Shown: positions 42,052-53,455, counted from the first letter of the stretch. The stretch: 64,000 nt of DNA from an uncultured candidate division Zixibacteria bacterium (GCA_963735035.1 CAVTJJ010000004.1:864001-928000); one strand, 5' to 3'. Made by a program: numbers and translations. Notes: generated by a model not told the origin, from the sequence alone.

Positions 42052-43007
42052 TGATTGCACTTGAGAAATTACTGAAAGCCCAGCAGACTAGCCATTCCTA
42101 CGTCTGTCTGGGACTCGACCTCGATCCTAAGAAGATGCCGCAGGAATTCGGCGGCACCGTACGCGGGATGTTCGATTTCACGCGCCGCATCATAGAGGCC
42201 ACGGCCGATCAGGTTTGTGCTTACAAACCGAACCTGGCGTTCTTCGAGAGCCTCGGACCCGAGGGCTGGTCGCTCCTGTCACAAGTGTTGCAGCGGATTC
42301 CCGAACGGGTACCGATCATCCTTGACGGCAAGCGCAACGATATCGGCAATACGGCGACACAGTATGCGTCGGCTTTATACGACCGCTACGGTGCCGACTG
42401 GGTTACGATCAACCCCTACATGGGGTACGATTCCATGAAACCGTTCATGGATCGTCGCGACAAAGGCGTATTTGTCCTCTGTCTGACTTCGAACGCCGGA
42501 GCGCGGGATTTCCAGATGCTCGAAGTCGAGGGGCGCCCTCTTTACCAGGTCGTTGCCGACCGTGTGAAATACTGGAATAAAGATGGCAACTGCGGTTTAG
42601 TCGTCGGTGCCACTCATATCGAACAATTGAAAGAGGTTCGCGAAATCGCCGGAGAGATGCCGCTTCTGATACCCGGCGTTGGGGCGCAGGGAGGATCGCT
42701 CGAAGATTCGATTACGGTCGGAACGGACGCTTTCCGCAAACCGGCGGTGATCAATGTTTCCCGTTCGGTTCTGTACGCCTCCAGCGCGGCTGATTTCGAT
42801 CAACGCGCCCGTCAGGAAGTAGTCCGCCTGAATGCTACCGTGACCCGGCTTCGATACGGTGACAAGTCATCGGAATCGAAAGGCGAGGTCTCGGCAGCAC
42901 CTCCGCCAGCGCCGGTGACTTCGCAGGAGAACCAAAACGGTGGGAATGGAACGGCCGAACCCGCCCGACCGCCCGAGGTTATACGACCGTTGCCGGTTGA
43001 CGATTGA
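42051..43007 (+). CDS. pyrF: Orotidine-5'-phosphate decarboxylase with low-complexity C-terminal tail
   Basis: CLGLD, YKPNLAFFE, LDGKRNDIGNT, LVVGAT, LIPGVGAQGG. Confidence 0.96.
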   Translation: MIALEKLLKAQQTSHSYVCLGLDLDPKKMPQEFGGTVRGMFDFTRRIIEATADQVCAYKPNLAFFESLGPEGWSLLSQVLQRIPERVPIILDGKRNDIGNTATQYASALYDRYGADWVTINPYMGYDSMKPFMDRRDKGVFVLCLTSNAGARDFQMLEVEGRPLYQVVADRVKYWNKDGNCGLVVGATHIEQLKEVREIAGEMPLLIPGVGAQGGSLEDSITVGTDAFRKPAVINVSRSVLYASSAADFDQRARQEVVRLNATVTRLRYGDKSSESKGEVSAAPPPAPVTSQENQNGGNGTAEPARPPEVIRPLPVDD

Positions 43008-43043
43008 CGGCTCGTCGGCTCCAGCGCCTAACGATTCCGCCAA

Positions 43044-43601
43044 TCAATCGAACTCGTAGCGCAACAGCGAGTACAGATACCCGTCGCGTAGTTCGCCATC
43101 ATAGAAATAATGGTGGCGAAGGACGCCGTCCCGTTTGAATCCGGCTTTCTCGAGCATGCCCACAGCGCCTTTGTTGAGCGACGATGTGTTCGCGTAGACT
43201 TTGTTCAGATCACGGGTGCGAAATAACCAACGCGTCACGATGCGAATCGCCTCGGTGCCGTAGCCTTTGCGACGATGGTCCGGGTCCATCAACATTCCCA
43301 GCTCGGTCGACCGATTGAGATTGTTCAGGTTAAAGAAACGCACGATCCCAACCGGGACATTTTCCTTCACGCCGATAATCACGAACAACTGCTCATCGGC
43401 CGTTCGCTCCTTCTTCTTGTAGGACTCGGAAGCTTCAGCCGCGGTGCGAAAGGGATGCGGTCGACTGGATTGCATCGCCGGGTCACTCAACAGATACCAG
43501 TGATAGGTGTTGGCTACGTCTTCGGCGGTTGCCGGACGAAGATAAACATTCTTGCCGACCAGGCCGGGCGCGGTCGGCAGTTCGGGCTTCTTATCGGTCA
43601 T
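43044..43601 (-). CDS. RimJ/RimL-type GNAT N-acetyltransferase
   Basis: VYLRP, RRKGYGTEAI, NKGAVGMLEKAGFKRDGVLR. Confidence 0.9.
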   Translation of the reverse strand: MTDKKPELPTAPGLVGKNVYLRPATAEDVANTYHWYLLSDPAMQSSRPHPFRTAAEASESYKKKERTADEQLFVIIGVKENVPVGIVRFFNLNNLNRSTELGMLMDPDHRRKGYGTEAIRIVTRWLFRTRDLNKVYANTSSLNKGAVGMLEKAGFKRDGVLRHHYFYDGELRDGYLYSLLRYEFD

Positions 43602-43729
43602 CGAATTAGCCTCCATTCTCAATAGCAACTACTCATGTTATGTAATTTGTCTGTTATCCCAAAGGCAATATTCAAAATGAGACGAGAGTTGTTCTTGACA
43701 CTGTGGGGACGGCGCGTTAGGGTTTGGTT

Positions 43730-44077
43730 ATGCAAAAGCAACTCATACTTCTGGCGGCAATCATAGTACTGTATCTCGCCTCGTCACTCGTGCTGCATAT
43801 CGTGTATGGGCCGTCGTTTCCGTTTCTGTCCGGGGAAGACTGCTGGGTGCCCGACGATCAGGGAGGGTGGCTGGCGCACGGACATCCGGCCGATCCGCAG
43901 CCGGCACAGCCGAGCGTGTACGTTCCATTGCTGCTGAATTATCTTCCGATATTTCTTCCCGGAGCGCTATTAATATTGTTCACGCTTACGCCTCTTCGTC
44001 GAAGGCTGGAGACGAAGACGGATCAATCGGATGCCGATCAGAAGGATATGAAGACCGATCAGCCGTCGGTTTCCTAG
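43730..44077 (+). CDS. Two-TM hypothetical membrane protein
   Basis: Two hydrophobic segments flanking SGEDCW...W.AHGHP..P.P. Confidence 0.7.
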   Translation: MQKQLILLAAIIVLYLASSLVLHIVYGPSFPFLSGEDCWVPDDQGGWLAHGHPADPQPAQPSVYVPLLLNYLPIFLPGALLILFTLTPLRRRLETKTDQSDADQKDMKTDQPSVS

Positions 44078-44170
44078 TAAGAAAAATGTTGCATGATTAT
44101 GGTGCAGTGAGTATACTAAATCACGCGCAACTAGGATAAATGCCCTTCGCTGCCCGACAAGGAGTTAGAT

Positions 44171-47100
44171 ATGATTGCCCGGGAGACTTGGTGTCGCCTT
44201 GCGACATTTTATGTCACTTTGTGTCTGGCCGCGACAGTGCTTAGTGCAGCCGTCTTGGCGGCAGACAATTCTATTCCCCCCGAACGCGTTACCCAATTCA
44301 ATCTCAATCCCGCCCTTGGCCTGAATAGGTCGGAGGTCGCCGATTCGGACCGCGGTGTGGTGTCGACAGGGGCATCCGGTAGTCGCCGCCCGGTTGGCTC
44401 GGCGGTTTCGACCGACGCCGGTATCGGGAAAGGGGAGAGTGTCGATCTGACCTGGGACGACGCCCAGTACACTACTGGTCACGGCCGCCACATTAGCCAC
44501 TGGTGGAATGGCCAGTATGGCATTGACGCTGCGGTGAGTGTTCACTTTGCCTATCGTGATTTGATCGACTCAACCGCCAGTAACCGGATCTATTACTCCG
44601 GCTACAACGCATACGATGCCTTGAACGGAGTCTGGCCCAGGGGGGTGGAAACAGGCTGTGATCTTCAGGATTCGGATCCCCTCGGTTGGGGCGACATCCC
44701 GAGCCTGGACATCATGCCCAATGGACGGGCGGTGATGGCCGGTATGTCGGCGCTTTATCGTACCATGCCCGGTGGCGGCAGCTTGTACGATAACATGGTT
44801 TTCTATCAGGGAAGCGAATTCGGCTGCACCTACGATCCGCGCACCAATCTCAACGTTACCTGGATTGACAGCAGCGTTTATCGCCCCAGGTTCATGGTGA
44901 GGTCCGACGGGACTTATTCGCGCACCCCTCAGGTAGTTAGCCAGTGGGATGGTACCAATACGATTGTCCATCTGCTCCTGGGAGAAGAATCCCCCGGCAC
45001 GATGCTGAACGGCGACGCCTATGTTTCTGGTCTTCCGTACTATTCATTTGTCTATTTCCGTAAGGTTGGTGAAACATCTGGTAGCGGCACGTGGAGCGCG
45101 GGTCAGATCATCGATTCGCTCTGGTTCTCCTGGGCATCCATGGCGGCCGCGCCTTACCCCTACACCGGTGTGGCGATTACGTATACTAATCCAAGCTACT
45201 ATGGGGCTCTCTTAGAGAACGAACACGATCTGGACGTCTGGTGCCGGGAGTCGTTCGATCGCGGCATCTCGTGGGCCAGTGCCTACAGTGTGACCAATTA
45301 CGCGAACGCTATCGCCGGGGATCCGAAACACTTCACGGCCTGGCTGGAAACGCAGGCAATGTTCACCACTGATGGAAAGCTCAACGTGGTTTGGACCGCC
45401 AAGCCGACTTTCGAAGATCCCTATTTCGACGGCTTCAACTGGACCGACTACGATGAGAACATCTACCACTGGGAAAAGACCAACGGCAGCGGTGTGCCGG
45501 GTGTCGGCGACGTAGTCAAGGTGGCCAACGGTAATTTCAACGACGGGGGCGACTACATCACGGGGAGTTTCAATACTCTCCACTGCGGTTTCGGCGGCAG
45601 TAACGCCGGGTATATCGCCAACATCAATCTCGCCGAGTGCGACGGCAAGCTCTATTGTGTTTGGAATCAGATTCATGAACGAGCTAATAACGCCGATTGG
45701 CGCCGCGCCGGCACTCAGCCGATGCCGGGTGTGCTGGACGACTGCTCTTATACCGGCAACCGTCAGGCGATGGCCAACTGGGAGATCATGATGTCGGTGA
45801 AGTCTCTGACCGACGGGACATTCTGGGACAACGCCCGCAATATCACTAATACCTATACTCCTAACTGTGGGGTGGCCGGTGATCCGCTGGCTCAGGGCGT
45901 CTGTGGCAGCGAATACAAGCCGACGGTTGAGAAATACGGTCTGGATGAGACCGGCCTGTCGCTCAACTGGCCTGCGGCGACCACGGTCGACCCCACGGCC
46001 GACTGGGAAACGCCCTATGCCGGATCATGGTACCTGAACCTGCAGTATCTCGACGATCAGTTCCCCGGACCGGCGTACTGGGGTCGTACGAACCCGCCGG
46101 CCACGCTCAATTCGATCAAGTGGATTCGCCTCGCCTGTGTGGAGCCGGTCTACGCGCCGCAAATTTCCTTGGTCCCGACAAGCGTCGACTGGCCGTTGTG
46201 GGTGCAACTCGGTAATAGCCGCAATTTTGCCGTGACCGTAGTTAACGACGGAAACCTTGCCCTCAATGTCACCGAAATCGGGTTTGATGACAACGGCGGG
46301 GGCTGGCTGGGTGCATCGGTAGCTACCCTGACGGTCCCGGCCGGGGTCGGCAATACCCGAACGTTTAATATTGTAGTCAACGCCGGCGCTCTGGCCACGA
46401 CTCAGTGGCTCGACGGTTCAGTCTGGTTGAAATCTGACGCGGTAAACAACGATTCGCTGTCCATCCCGATTCATATTCTGGCCGCCGCCGATGTCGAGTC
46501 CGTGGCGTGGGATACGGTTATGTCGCATCAGTATATGTTCGATCAGTTCTTTGAGCCGGTGGGCGAGTGCGTGGCACTTGCAGTCTCCAACTATGGTGAG
46601 ATGGGATGGCAGGGGCGCGGCTCGGTAAATCTGGACTATCGCGAGTCGGGTGAGGAGTGCGGCGCCCGTGACGCCGACGCAATCTATCTCAAGTCCGGCT
46701 CACCGTTCGCAATCCTGGCGACCAGCTCGACGGGAGTGGGCGCCGAGCTGACCTGCTCCTATATGGATCCGAACCAGGCCGACCCGAACGGTTGGGATCC
46801 GACTCCGGCCAACGGGGGGATCAGAAGCGGGACCTATGCCAATCGATATGATTCGGTGTACACGGGAAAATTTGTCAACCGTGACACAACTATCGCTATG
46901 GAACAGGTCTTCTATGCCCCGCGGTCGAGTACACCGGCGACTTCGACTATCAATTTCGTGATCTGCAACACCTGGTTCTATTCGGCTGACGGGCTCCCGC
47001 ATAATCATTTGACGGTCGGCAATGTGATCGACTGGAATGTGCCGTCGGACAGCGCATCGAGCAACACGGCGGGAGTATCCAGCGCTGGATTCGTCTATGC

Positions 47101-47847
47101 AAAAGGTACAGATACACTGGGTCATGACGGTTGCCAGTCGAATACCAATCGATATGCGACCGAGGCCTTCGGAGGCGGTGCTACAAAGTCAGAAACTAAT
47201 GCAAATCCATGTTCCAACGACCCCAACGACTACTACAGCATCAATGCCTTCGACCAGCATATAATGTCCGACACGACCCATTATCGCAACGGCACCGATC
47301 TGGTCCCGGATCAGCCCAACCCGCAGGTCTGGTGGGATGAGGTGAAAGTGCCCGGTTCAATTCTAATCCGGAAGCAAAGGATCAGGCAGTGTGGCTGACC
47401 TATAAACATGATTACGATCTTTCGGCGACGGACACGCTGTACTGCTGGACAGTGATGACAACGGTCCGTAACGGCTCTTTGGCCGATCTTGAAGCCCAGG
47501 TAGCTTACGCTAAGAGTTGGTTTATGACCAGTGTGAACCCCTGTTGTGCCGATGATGGTTGTTGCATGGAAAAGGTCGGCAACGCGAATGGACTAGGGGG
47601 AGAGGTTCCGACTATTGGCGATATCTCGGTTATGATTGACGCCAAGTTTGTTGCGGGGACCTGCATTCTTTACGGTTCGGGATGTAACATCGTGTGTCTG
47701 GAGGAAGCCGATATGAACCTCTCTGGTGGAGCCAATGCAACGTGTGATGACATCACTATCGGCGATATCAGTATGCTGATAGACTGTCTGTTCATAACCG
47801 GTGAGCCGCCGTATGTTCGAAACAACTGTGCGATTGGCTGTCGGTAG
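44171..47847 (+). CDS. Large secreted protein with Ig/BACON-like and C-terminal dockerin-like modules; one frameshift at ~47356
   Basis: Signal peptide; VTVVNDGNLALNVTEI...WLGAS Ig-like module; adding one base gives VPGFNSNPEAKDQAVWLTYKH; duplicated GNAN..PTIGDISVMID / ADMN..ITIGDISMLID. Confidence 0.78.
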
Positions 47848-47995
47848 CGGTATTTGTGAAAGCAACGGTTGCCTGTCGCGATACAACTTAGCGTCACATT
47901 GAATCAGATTGTACGCGAAGCGGGCCGGTTACGTAGATCGTACCGGCCCGCCCTTTTAGCTTTTCTTCAATGCCGGTGTCGCCCATATTGCCGCC

Positions 47996-48472
47996 GTGGA
48001 ACCCGAAGATTACCCTCGACTCATGCAGCTCGCCCTGCGCGAAGCTGAGCTCGCCTACGAGAAGGGCGAAGTCCCGGTCGGCGCCCTGGTGGTGTTTGAC
48101 AATCGGATCATCGGCCGCGGCCACAATCTGACCGAGTCGATGCACGACGCCACCGCCCATGCTGAAATCATCGCGCTCAGCGCCGCCTATTCACATTTCA
48201 AGGACTGGCGGCTCGAAAACTGCATCCTGGTTTCGACCCTCGAACCGTGCGCCATGTGCGCCGGGGCGTCGGTCCTCTCGCGTATCAAGACTATTGTCTA
48301 CGGGGCGAAGGACCCAAAATTCGGCGGCTGCGGGTCGATCTTCCAAATACCCTCGGAGAAGAAACTAAACCACCGGATCGAGATAATCGGCGGGGTGATG
48401 GAAGCTGAGGTGGCGGCATTGATGCAGAAGTTCTTCCGCGAACTGCGCGACCGGAAGGAGAGCGTGAATTGA
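47996..48472 (+). CDS. tadA: tRNA adenosine(34) deaminase
   Basis: GEVPVGA, DATAHAEI, WRL, TLEPCAMCAGA, YGAKDPKFG. Confidence 0.95.
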   Translation: MEPEDYPRLMQLALREAELAYEKGEVPVGALVVFDNRIIGRGHNLTESMHDATAHAEIIALSAAYSHFKDWRLENCILVSTLEPCAMCAGASVLSRIKTIVYGAKDPKFGGCGSIFQIPSEKKLNHRIEIIGGVMEAEVAALMQKFFRELRDRKESVN

Positions 48473-48930
48473 GCCAGAACGATGAGCAGACAGATAAGCA
48501 ACGTCGCGTACTCAGGCTAATTACGTGGATGTTCCTCGTAGTGATGCCAATCGCATATCTCATGGCCGCTCAGCAAATAGACGCTAAGGGGGTGCAGGCT
48601 CGGGCCGGGAATGATGTCTTACTGTACCTCTTGCTGGTGGTCGGAGCTCTGTCGCCATTGATGATACCTTTGGTGACAAATAGCGTGATTCGAGGCGAAC
48701 GCGCCAAGAAGGGGCAGGGTTTGCCTCCAGCGCAAATTTTCCAGCAATTGAGCATAGTACAAATGGCCTTCGTGGAAGCCATCTACATCTACGGCTTTAT
48801 CGTATTCAACTTGACCGGCAAGTTCACTTACATGCTCTATTTCTATCCGATCGGAATTGTCTGGTCATTCGTATATTGGCCGAAACGTGAAAAATATGAC
48901 CGCCTACTGGAGAAACTGAAACAACCATGA
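48469..48930 (+). CDS. Four-TM hypothetical membrane protein
   Basis: Overlaps the tadA stop (TTGA); four hydrophobic segments. Confidence 0.75.
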   Translation: MSQNDEQTDKQRRVLRLITWMFLVVMPIAYLMAAQQIDAKGVQARAGNDVLLYLLLVVGALSPLMIPLVTNSVIRGERAKKGQGLPPAQIFQQLSIVQMAFVEAIYIYGFIVFNLTGKFTYMLYFYPIGIVWSFVYWPKREKYDRLLEKLKQP

Positions 48931-49481
48931 TTACTGATAACGATATCGATGACCGGTATGACCTGACCGGTATGATTGTCCGACCGCTCTATTTCGGCAT
49001 GATGGTAAACATCGTGCTTCCGGCGGCTTTGTTGTTTGTGTGCTATTATGTCGGCAACAAGTATTCGCCGGAGAACCGGATACCCGAACTGTCCAATGGG
49101 CTGTTCTATGTTCTTTGTGCGCTGGCCCTGGCCCAGGCGGGACTGGCGCTCTGGTGGCGACACAAGAAATTCGAGGAGCCGCTGGTCAAGCGGGCGGAGA
49201 GTATCGAGTTTGACATCTCCGCCGCGGTCTACGATCGCTCCCGGCCGATCTTTGTCCTGATCGCCGCTATCACCCTCTGGGGATTTGTCTATTTCGCCTT
49301 GACCGGTCGTTTCCAGGAATCGGTGGTCTTTATCATCTTCTCGTTTGTGGTATTTCAGGTGGTACGCCCCCGGTTTCGCTGGGCGCGCAGCGTGATCGCC
49401 CATCAGGAACAACTGGTCAAAGAGGGGCGATTCGCGGGCGGGGGACTGGCCGACATTCGTAAGGAAGTCCAGGGCGAATAA
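48927..49481 (+). CDS. Four-TM hypothetical membrane protein, likely paralog of the preceding gene
   Basis: ATGA overlap; shared AI..(Y/W)GF..F.LTG(K/R)F motif. Confidence 0.75.
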   Translation: MITDNDIDDRYDLTGMIVRPLYFGMMVNIVLPAALLFVCYYVGNKYSPENRIPELSNGLFYVLCALALAQAGLALWWRHKKFEEPLVKRAESIEFDISAAVYDRSRPIFVLIAAITLWGFVYFALTGRFQESVVFIIFSFVVFQVVRPRFRWARSVIAHQEQLVKEGRFAGGGLADIRKEVQGE

Positions 49482-49524
49482 ACGGCTTTACACCGGGCCG
49501 GTTTTTGTTACATTGGCCCGTCCG

Positions 49525-49719
49525 GGTGGCCCACCATTTATGGTGGGGTTAGGACAGGTGGCCCACCATTTATGGTGGGGTCGGGTGGCCCACCGCTTGC
49601 GGTGGGATAGGTGTAGGTCGAAACCCCCGTGGTTTCGACATCGACGAGTGGCCAAGACTCAAGTCACCCTGAGCCTGTCGAAGGGTGATTGGCCAGGTGA
49701 CCCACCATTTATGGTGGGG
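49525..49719. repeat. Mosaic of REP-like palindromes upstream of tRNA-Ser
   Basis: GGTG(G/A)CCCACCATTTATGGTGGGG at 49525, 49557 and ~49696, variant at 49584; GTAGGTCGAAAC..GTTTCGAC; 25-mer at 49663; further copies at ~50442 and ~58428. Confidence 0.85.
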
Positions 49720-49732
49720 TACAAGTGACGAC

Positions 49733-49821
49733 GGAGAGGTGGCCGAGCGGTCGAAGGCGTCGGTCTCGAAAACCGATGTGCCCTTCGGGCACCCTGGGTT
49801 CGAATCCCAGCCTCTCCGCCA
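49733..49821 (+). tRNA. tRNA-Ser (anticodon CGA)
   Basis: GGAGAGG/CCTCTCC acceptor stem, anticodon arm TCGGT-CTCGAAA-ACCGA, long variable arm GTGCCC-TTC-GGGCAC, GGTTCGAATCC, encoded GCCA end. Confidence 0.98.
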
Positions 49822-49893
49822 TGTTGAACCCAACTACTTGAATGAAGCCGCGCTGTGGTGTGTGGCCGAGCACAATAAGTGGTACTTTCATCA

Positions 49894-50430
49894 ATGAACA
49901 ATTCCTTTCGCTCCACTCCGCCCACCCCCGGCGAGTGTTCCAATGATTACCAGGAATACGTCGATAAGGTGCTGGCCGGGGACATTATAGAATTGCTCAT
50001 AAAGCAGGGGGCCGAAGCTGTGAGGCTCTTCTCCGGCTTGACTGAGGCGCAGGAACTGTTCAGTTACCTGCCCGGGAAGTGGACTATCAGGGAGTTGCTC
50101 GGGCACGTCAATGACAACGAACGGCTTTTTGCATCCAGGGCTCTATGGTTCGGGCAAGGCGGTCAAGGTCCATTACCGTCGTGGCAAGCGGATGAGTGGG
50201 TAAGAGAAAACCGACACTCCGGACGACCCTTGGCTGACCTGGTTAGCGAGTTTGAACATCTGCGAGCGTCGAGCATCTACTTGTTCGGCAGTTTCGATGA
50301 GCAGGCATGGCGCAGGCACGGCATTGCCGCCGGGAACGAGGTGAGCGTGCGAGCTTTAGCGTGGATAACTGCGGGCCACGTGGAGCATCATTTGGATATC
50401 CTACGCCAGCGATACCTATCCGCTCTCTGA
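49894..50430 (+). CDS. DinB/YfiT-family protein
   Basis: YLPGKWTIRELLGHVNDNER...AGHVEHHLDILRQRYL. Confidence 0.9.
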   Translation: MNNSFRSTPPTPGECSNDYQEYVDKVLAGDIIELLIKQGAEAVRLFSGLTEAQELFSYLPGKWTIRELLGHVNDNERLFASRALWFGQGGQGPLPSWQADEWVRENRHSGRPLADLVSEFEHLRASSIYLFGSFDEQAWRRHGIAAGNEVSVRALAWITAGHVEHHLDILRQRYLSAL

Positions 50431-50472
50431 AACGCTGAGCGGCCCACCATTTATGGTGGGATGTATCAGTCG

Positions 50473-50501
50473 TTGACGAAATCTGGACGTTGCGTTATAA
50501 T
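50473..50501 (+). promoter_or_regulatory. sigma70-type promoter
   Basis: TTGACG-N17-TATAAT. Confidence 0.65.
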
Positions 50502-50602
50502 TCTTTCATGCAGGATAAGTGTGCGGGACGTTTCGCCACAATCTCACCCTAACGCAAGCGTTGGGGCACCCGTGCAACTGCAAATAGAGGCGGAGGAAAG
50601 AA

Positions 50603-50935
50603 GTGTTTGACCTTGTCGTAAACGGTGCGATTCCAATAGCAATTATCGCTATGGTAGTACTCGCGATTCTAAAAAACGCCTATTGGTTTCGGTTATCGAG
50701 CATAATCGTGCTGGTGGTCATTGTTATCTTGCGAGAGTGCAACGTCTACACTCATAGCCGTTCGTTGATTTGGGAACATAGATCAGCAATGACAGGAAGC
50801 AGCAAAGAAGGGTTTGCAGACGGTGCTAGGGCCGTGGCCGATTACTGTGGTGATACGAGCATTGTGGTGTATCTCGTTCTTGCCGCACTTGTAGTTATAT
50901 GTGCGAGGGGTTTTCGGCAACCTAAAGCGAAGTAG
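50603..50935 (+). CDS. Small hypothetical membrane protein
   Basis: RBS GGAGG, three hydrophobic segments. Confidence 0.6.
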   Translation: MFDLVVNGAIPIAIIAMVVLAILKNAYWFRLSSIIVLVVIVILRECNVYTHSRSLIWEHRSAMTGSSKEGFADGARAVADYCGDTSIVVYLVLAALVVICARGFRQPKAK

Positions 50936-50988
50936 ACGTCGGTCCATTGCGGGCCAGGAAGGCCCACCCTTCAGGTGGGCCACTCGCC

Positions 50989-51639
50989 CTACTTCTTCAG
51001 CAGCTTGAAGGCGTGCGTCCATTCATTGCGAGCAAAGCCGGGGATGCACCAGAGCATCGCCAGCGGCTCGATCGCCCGCGCCGCCACTACCGTACCCATA
51101 TCTTCACATTCCCAGCCGAACTGATCGAGAATCTTCTTCACATTGTCTTTCGCCCCGGAATCGTTCCCGCAAATGAACATCGTCGGTTTAACGCCGCCAA
51201 AGTCGGGATCGACCATGAAGGCGCTCCCCACGCAACTGAACGCCTTGACAAAATGCGCATCGGGCGCCGATTTCTGCAGGCGTTCCATCAGCGAGTCGTT
51301 CGGCGAGGTAAAATACTGAATGACACCGTTGACCGGCGGGGCGTCGGCGATTGGATTGGTCGTGTCAATTACCGTCTTGCCCTTCAGGTTGCCGATTCCC
51401 GTCGATTTCAAGGCCGCTTCAGCCGCTGTCCCCTTTACCGCCAGGACGACAATTTCTCCGAATCGGGCCGTCTCCTCGAAAGACCCGACCTTCGCCTTGC
51501 CGTGAGTTTTCGCGCTTAGCTCCGAGCGCTTGCCCTGGTTGTTCGTGCCGATCATGACGTCGTACCCGTGTTTGACAAAACCGTTGGCCAGGCTCTGGCC
51601 GACTATTCCTGATCCGATGACGCCTATTTTGGTGCTCAT
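50989..51639 (-). CDS. NADP oxidoreductase, F420-dependent (FNO/STEAP-like) family
   Basis: RBS AAGGAG; IGVIGSGIVG, VIDTTNPI, HFVKAF, MFICGND, ARAIEPL. Confidence 0.9.
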   Translation of the reverse strand: MSTKIGVIGSGIVGQSLANGFVKHGYDVMIGTNNQGKRSELSAKTHGKAKVGSFEETARFGEIVVLAVKGTAAEAALKSTGIGNLKGKTVIDTTNPIADAPPVNGVIQYFTSPNDSLMERLQKSAPDAHFVKAFSCVGSAFMVDPDFGGVKPTMFICGNDSGAKDNVKKILDQFGWECEDMGTVVAARAIEPLAMLWCIPGFARNEWTHAFKLLKK

Positions 51640-52009
51640 TATATCTCCTTTCATACTTTTCTTAAGTCTGCAACATGACGACCCGACCATAAGTTTCTGA
51701 ATTGCAGAGAATTAGACTCCGGTTTTCGGGTCAAGTGGTCTGCCCGGCCGGCCCGGCCAAAGTGACCATTTTGTATGGTCAACCAATGGTCGTGTTTTAG
51801 TCATCAACTGTCACATGAATCGTCCGAAAGAGAAGCAAGACGCGACGTGATAAGTATTAACTGAACAATACGAGATGTCGATCAATGAATCGGCTCTGGG
51901 GAATGGGGAACAACGCGACGGCTACGAAGCGCGGCTCGTTCTGATGGCCGTAGCGACGGTGAGTCAATCTAGCGCGTTGAAGTCATAGAGAAGGGGAGAG
52001 ACAGACTTT

Positions 52010-53455
52010 ATGAATGGTCAGAAGCTGAATCTTGGTTATGTCATTCTAATAGTGACCCTGGCCGTCTGCCAGACAAGTGTGGACGGTCAGGACCTTGACT
52101 CGCTTATGCAGGCGATTGATAAGATCGGGGCCAATCTCGAAGTGGTGGGTGTCAATAGAGTCGCACCACCCCAGGGACCACGCCACCCAGGTATCGAGAA
52201 CAACCAATCACTTCGATCCACCCCAGGCGATCTCGACACTTCAAAGTGCACACAAATAGAGCGAGAGTTGCAGGCTCTCTGGGCCGAAGTGGCTGAACTG
52301 CGTATCACACTGAATACGCTCAAACAGAAATCTAACAATCCGACCACGGCGCAAAACGACGTGGTCGTTTTGTTTGAACAACTGACCATCCTTCAGGCCG
52401 AACTGGAATTGCTGCGTCAGGGACATCAAGAATCAGCTCAACTCGCTTCAACCGAACCAATCACCGCGCTGGTGCCTGAGTCGCCCGCCGAGGAGACTTC
52501 CAAGAGACTTGAAATCAGCGGCTTCTTTGATGTAGTCGGGTCGTCTCACCGTGTCGACGGGGACGAAGCGCCTTTCCGATTGGGACAGGCCGAGATCGAT
52601 CTGGCTAATCAGGTGTCGAACCGAATCGCTGTTGAAGCTGCGGTGGCCTATAATAATGAGGCCGGGACTTTCGAATTGGGTGCAGCGTTTATTGACTTCC
52701 ATCTGCTCAGCCGCGACAAAGCCGAGCGACACACCCACACGGCCCTTGACATTGATCACTCATACATTTTGGCGGGACAGTTTGATGTACCGTTTGGCGT
52801 AGACTATCACACCTACGCTTCGATTGACCGCAAGCTGGTGACCGCTCCGGCGGTAGTAGAATTGACTCACGGCGGCTGGAGTGACGTTGGGATCCAGCTC
52901 GGGCTGGAAACTCCCCACGCCAATCTCGTAGGATACTGGGTCAACGGCTTTGAATCTTCGGCCGAGATACTCGACGAAGTCCAGACTCTGGCTACCGGAG
53001 TCGAAGTCTACGAAGAAATCAACACGACACCGGCCAACGCCCTCGGTATGCGTCTGGGTTTGAAGCCTCTCGACTGGATGGAACTGGGCGGTTCATTCGC
53101 CGCCGGTTGGAACGCGTCGGAGAAGAATGAAATGACTTTGGCAGGGCTTGACCTGCAATTGACTTATGACAAGCTCGAAGTCAAGAGCGCGTTGATCGGA
53201 CATTCGATGAATCGAACCATCGCCGAAGAAAACAATCGGGGATTTTATCTGCAAGCGCTCTACAATATCTTTGATCGGGCCTTTGTAGTGGGGCGATATG
53301 GTTCGTTCAAGCCGGATCGTAAAGAGTGGAGTGACGAGGGATCAATCGGCGCCGGGTATTCTCTGGCTGATTGTCTCGAGGTGCGCTGGGAGGCCAGCGT
53401 CAATGAAGCACTGACCGGGACTCGGAACTTCATTCAGGCGGTGGCAGCTTTCTAA
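52010..53455 (+). CDS. Outer-membrane porin-like beta-barrel with N-terminal coiled coil
   Basis: Signal peptide, coiled-coil stalk, LEISGFFDV barrel start, AGQFDVPFG, GFYLQALY, C-terminal Phe (FIQAVAAF). Confidence 0.85.
   Translation: MNGQKLNLGYVILIVTLAVCQTSVDGQDLDSLMQAIDKIGANLEVVGVNRVAPPQGPRHPGIENNQSLRSTPGDLDTSKCTQIERELQALWAEVAELRITLNTLKQKSNNPTTAQNDVVVLFEQLTILQAELELLRQGHQESAQLASTEPITALVPESPAEETSKRLEISGFFDVVGSSHRVDGDEAPFRLGQAEIDLANQVSNRIAVEAAVAYNNEAGTFELGAAFIDFHLLSRDKAERHTHTALDIDHSYILAGQFDVPFGVDYHTYASIDRKLVTAPAVVELTHGGWSDVGIQLGLETPHANLVGYWVNGFESSAEILDEVQTLATGVEVYEEINTTPANALGMRLGLKPLDWMELGGSFAAGWNASEKNEMTLAGLDLQLTYDKLEVKSALIGHSMNRTIAEENNRGFYLQALYNIFDRAFVVGRYGSFKPDRKEWSDEGSIGAGYSLADCLEVRWEASVNEALTGTRNFIQAVAAF

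Noticed and set aside
49525..49606. Three near-identical 24-nt palindromic repeats resembling a mini CRISPR array
   Set aside because: Spacers are only 8 and 3 nt, the repeat is dispersed elsewhere as single copies, and there are no cas genes; it is REP-like
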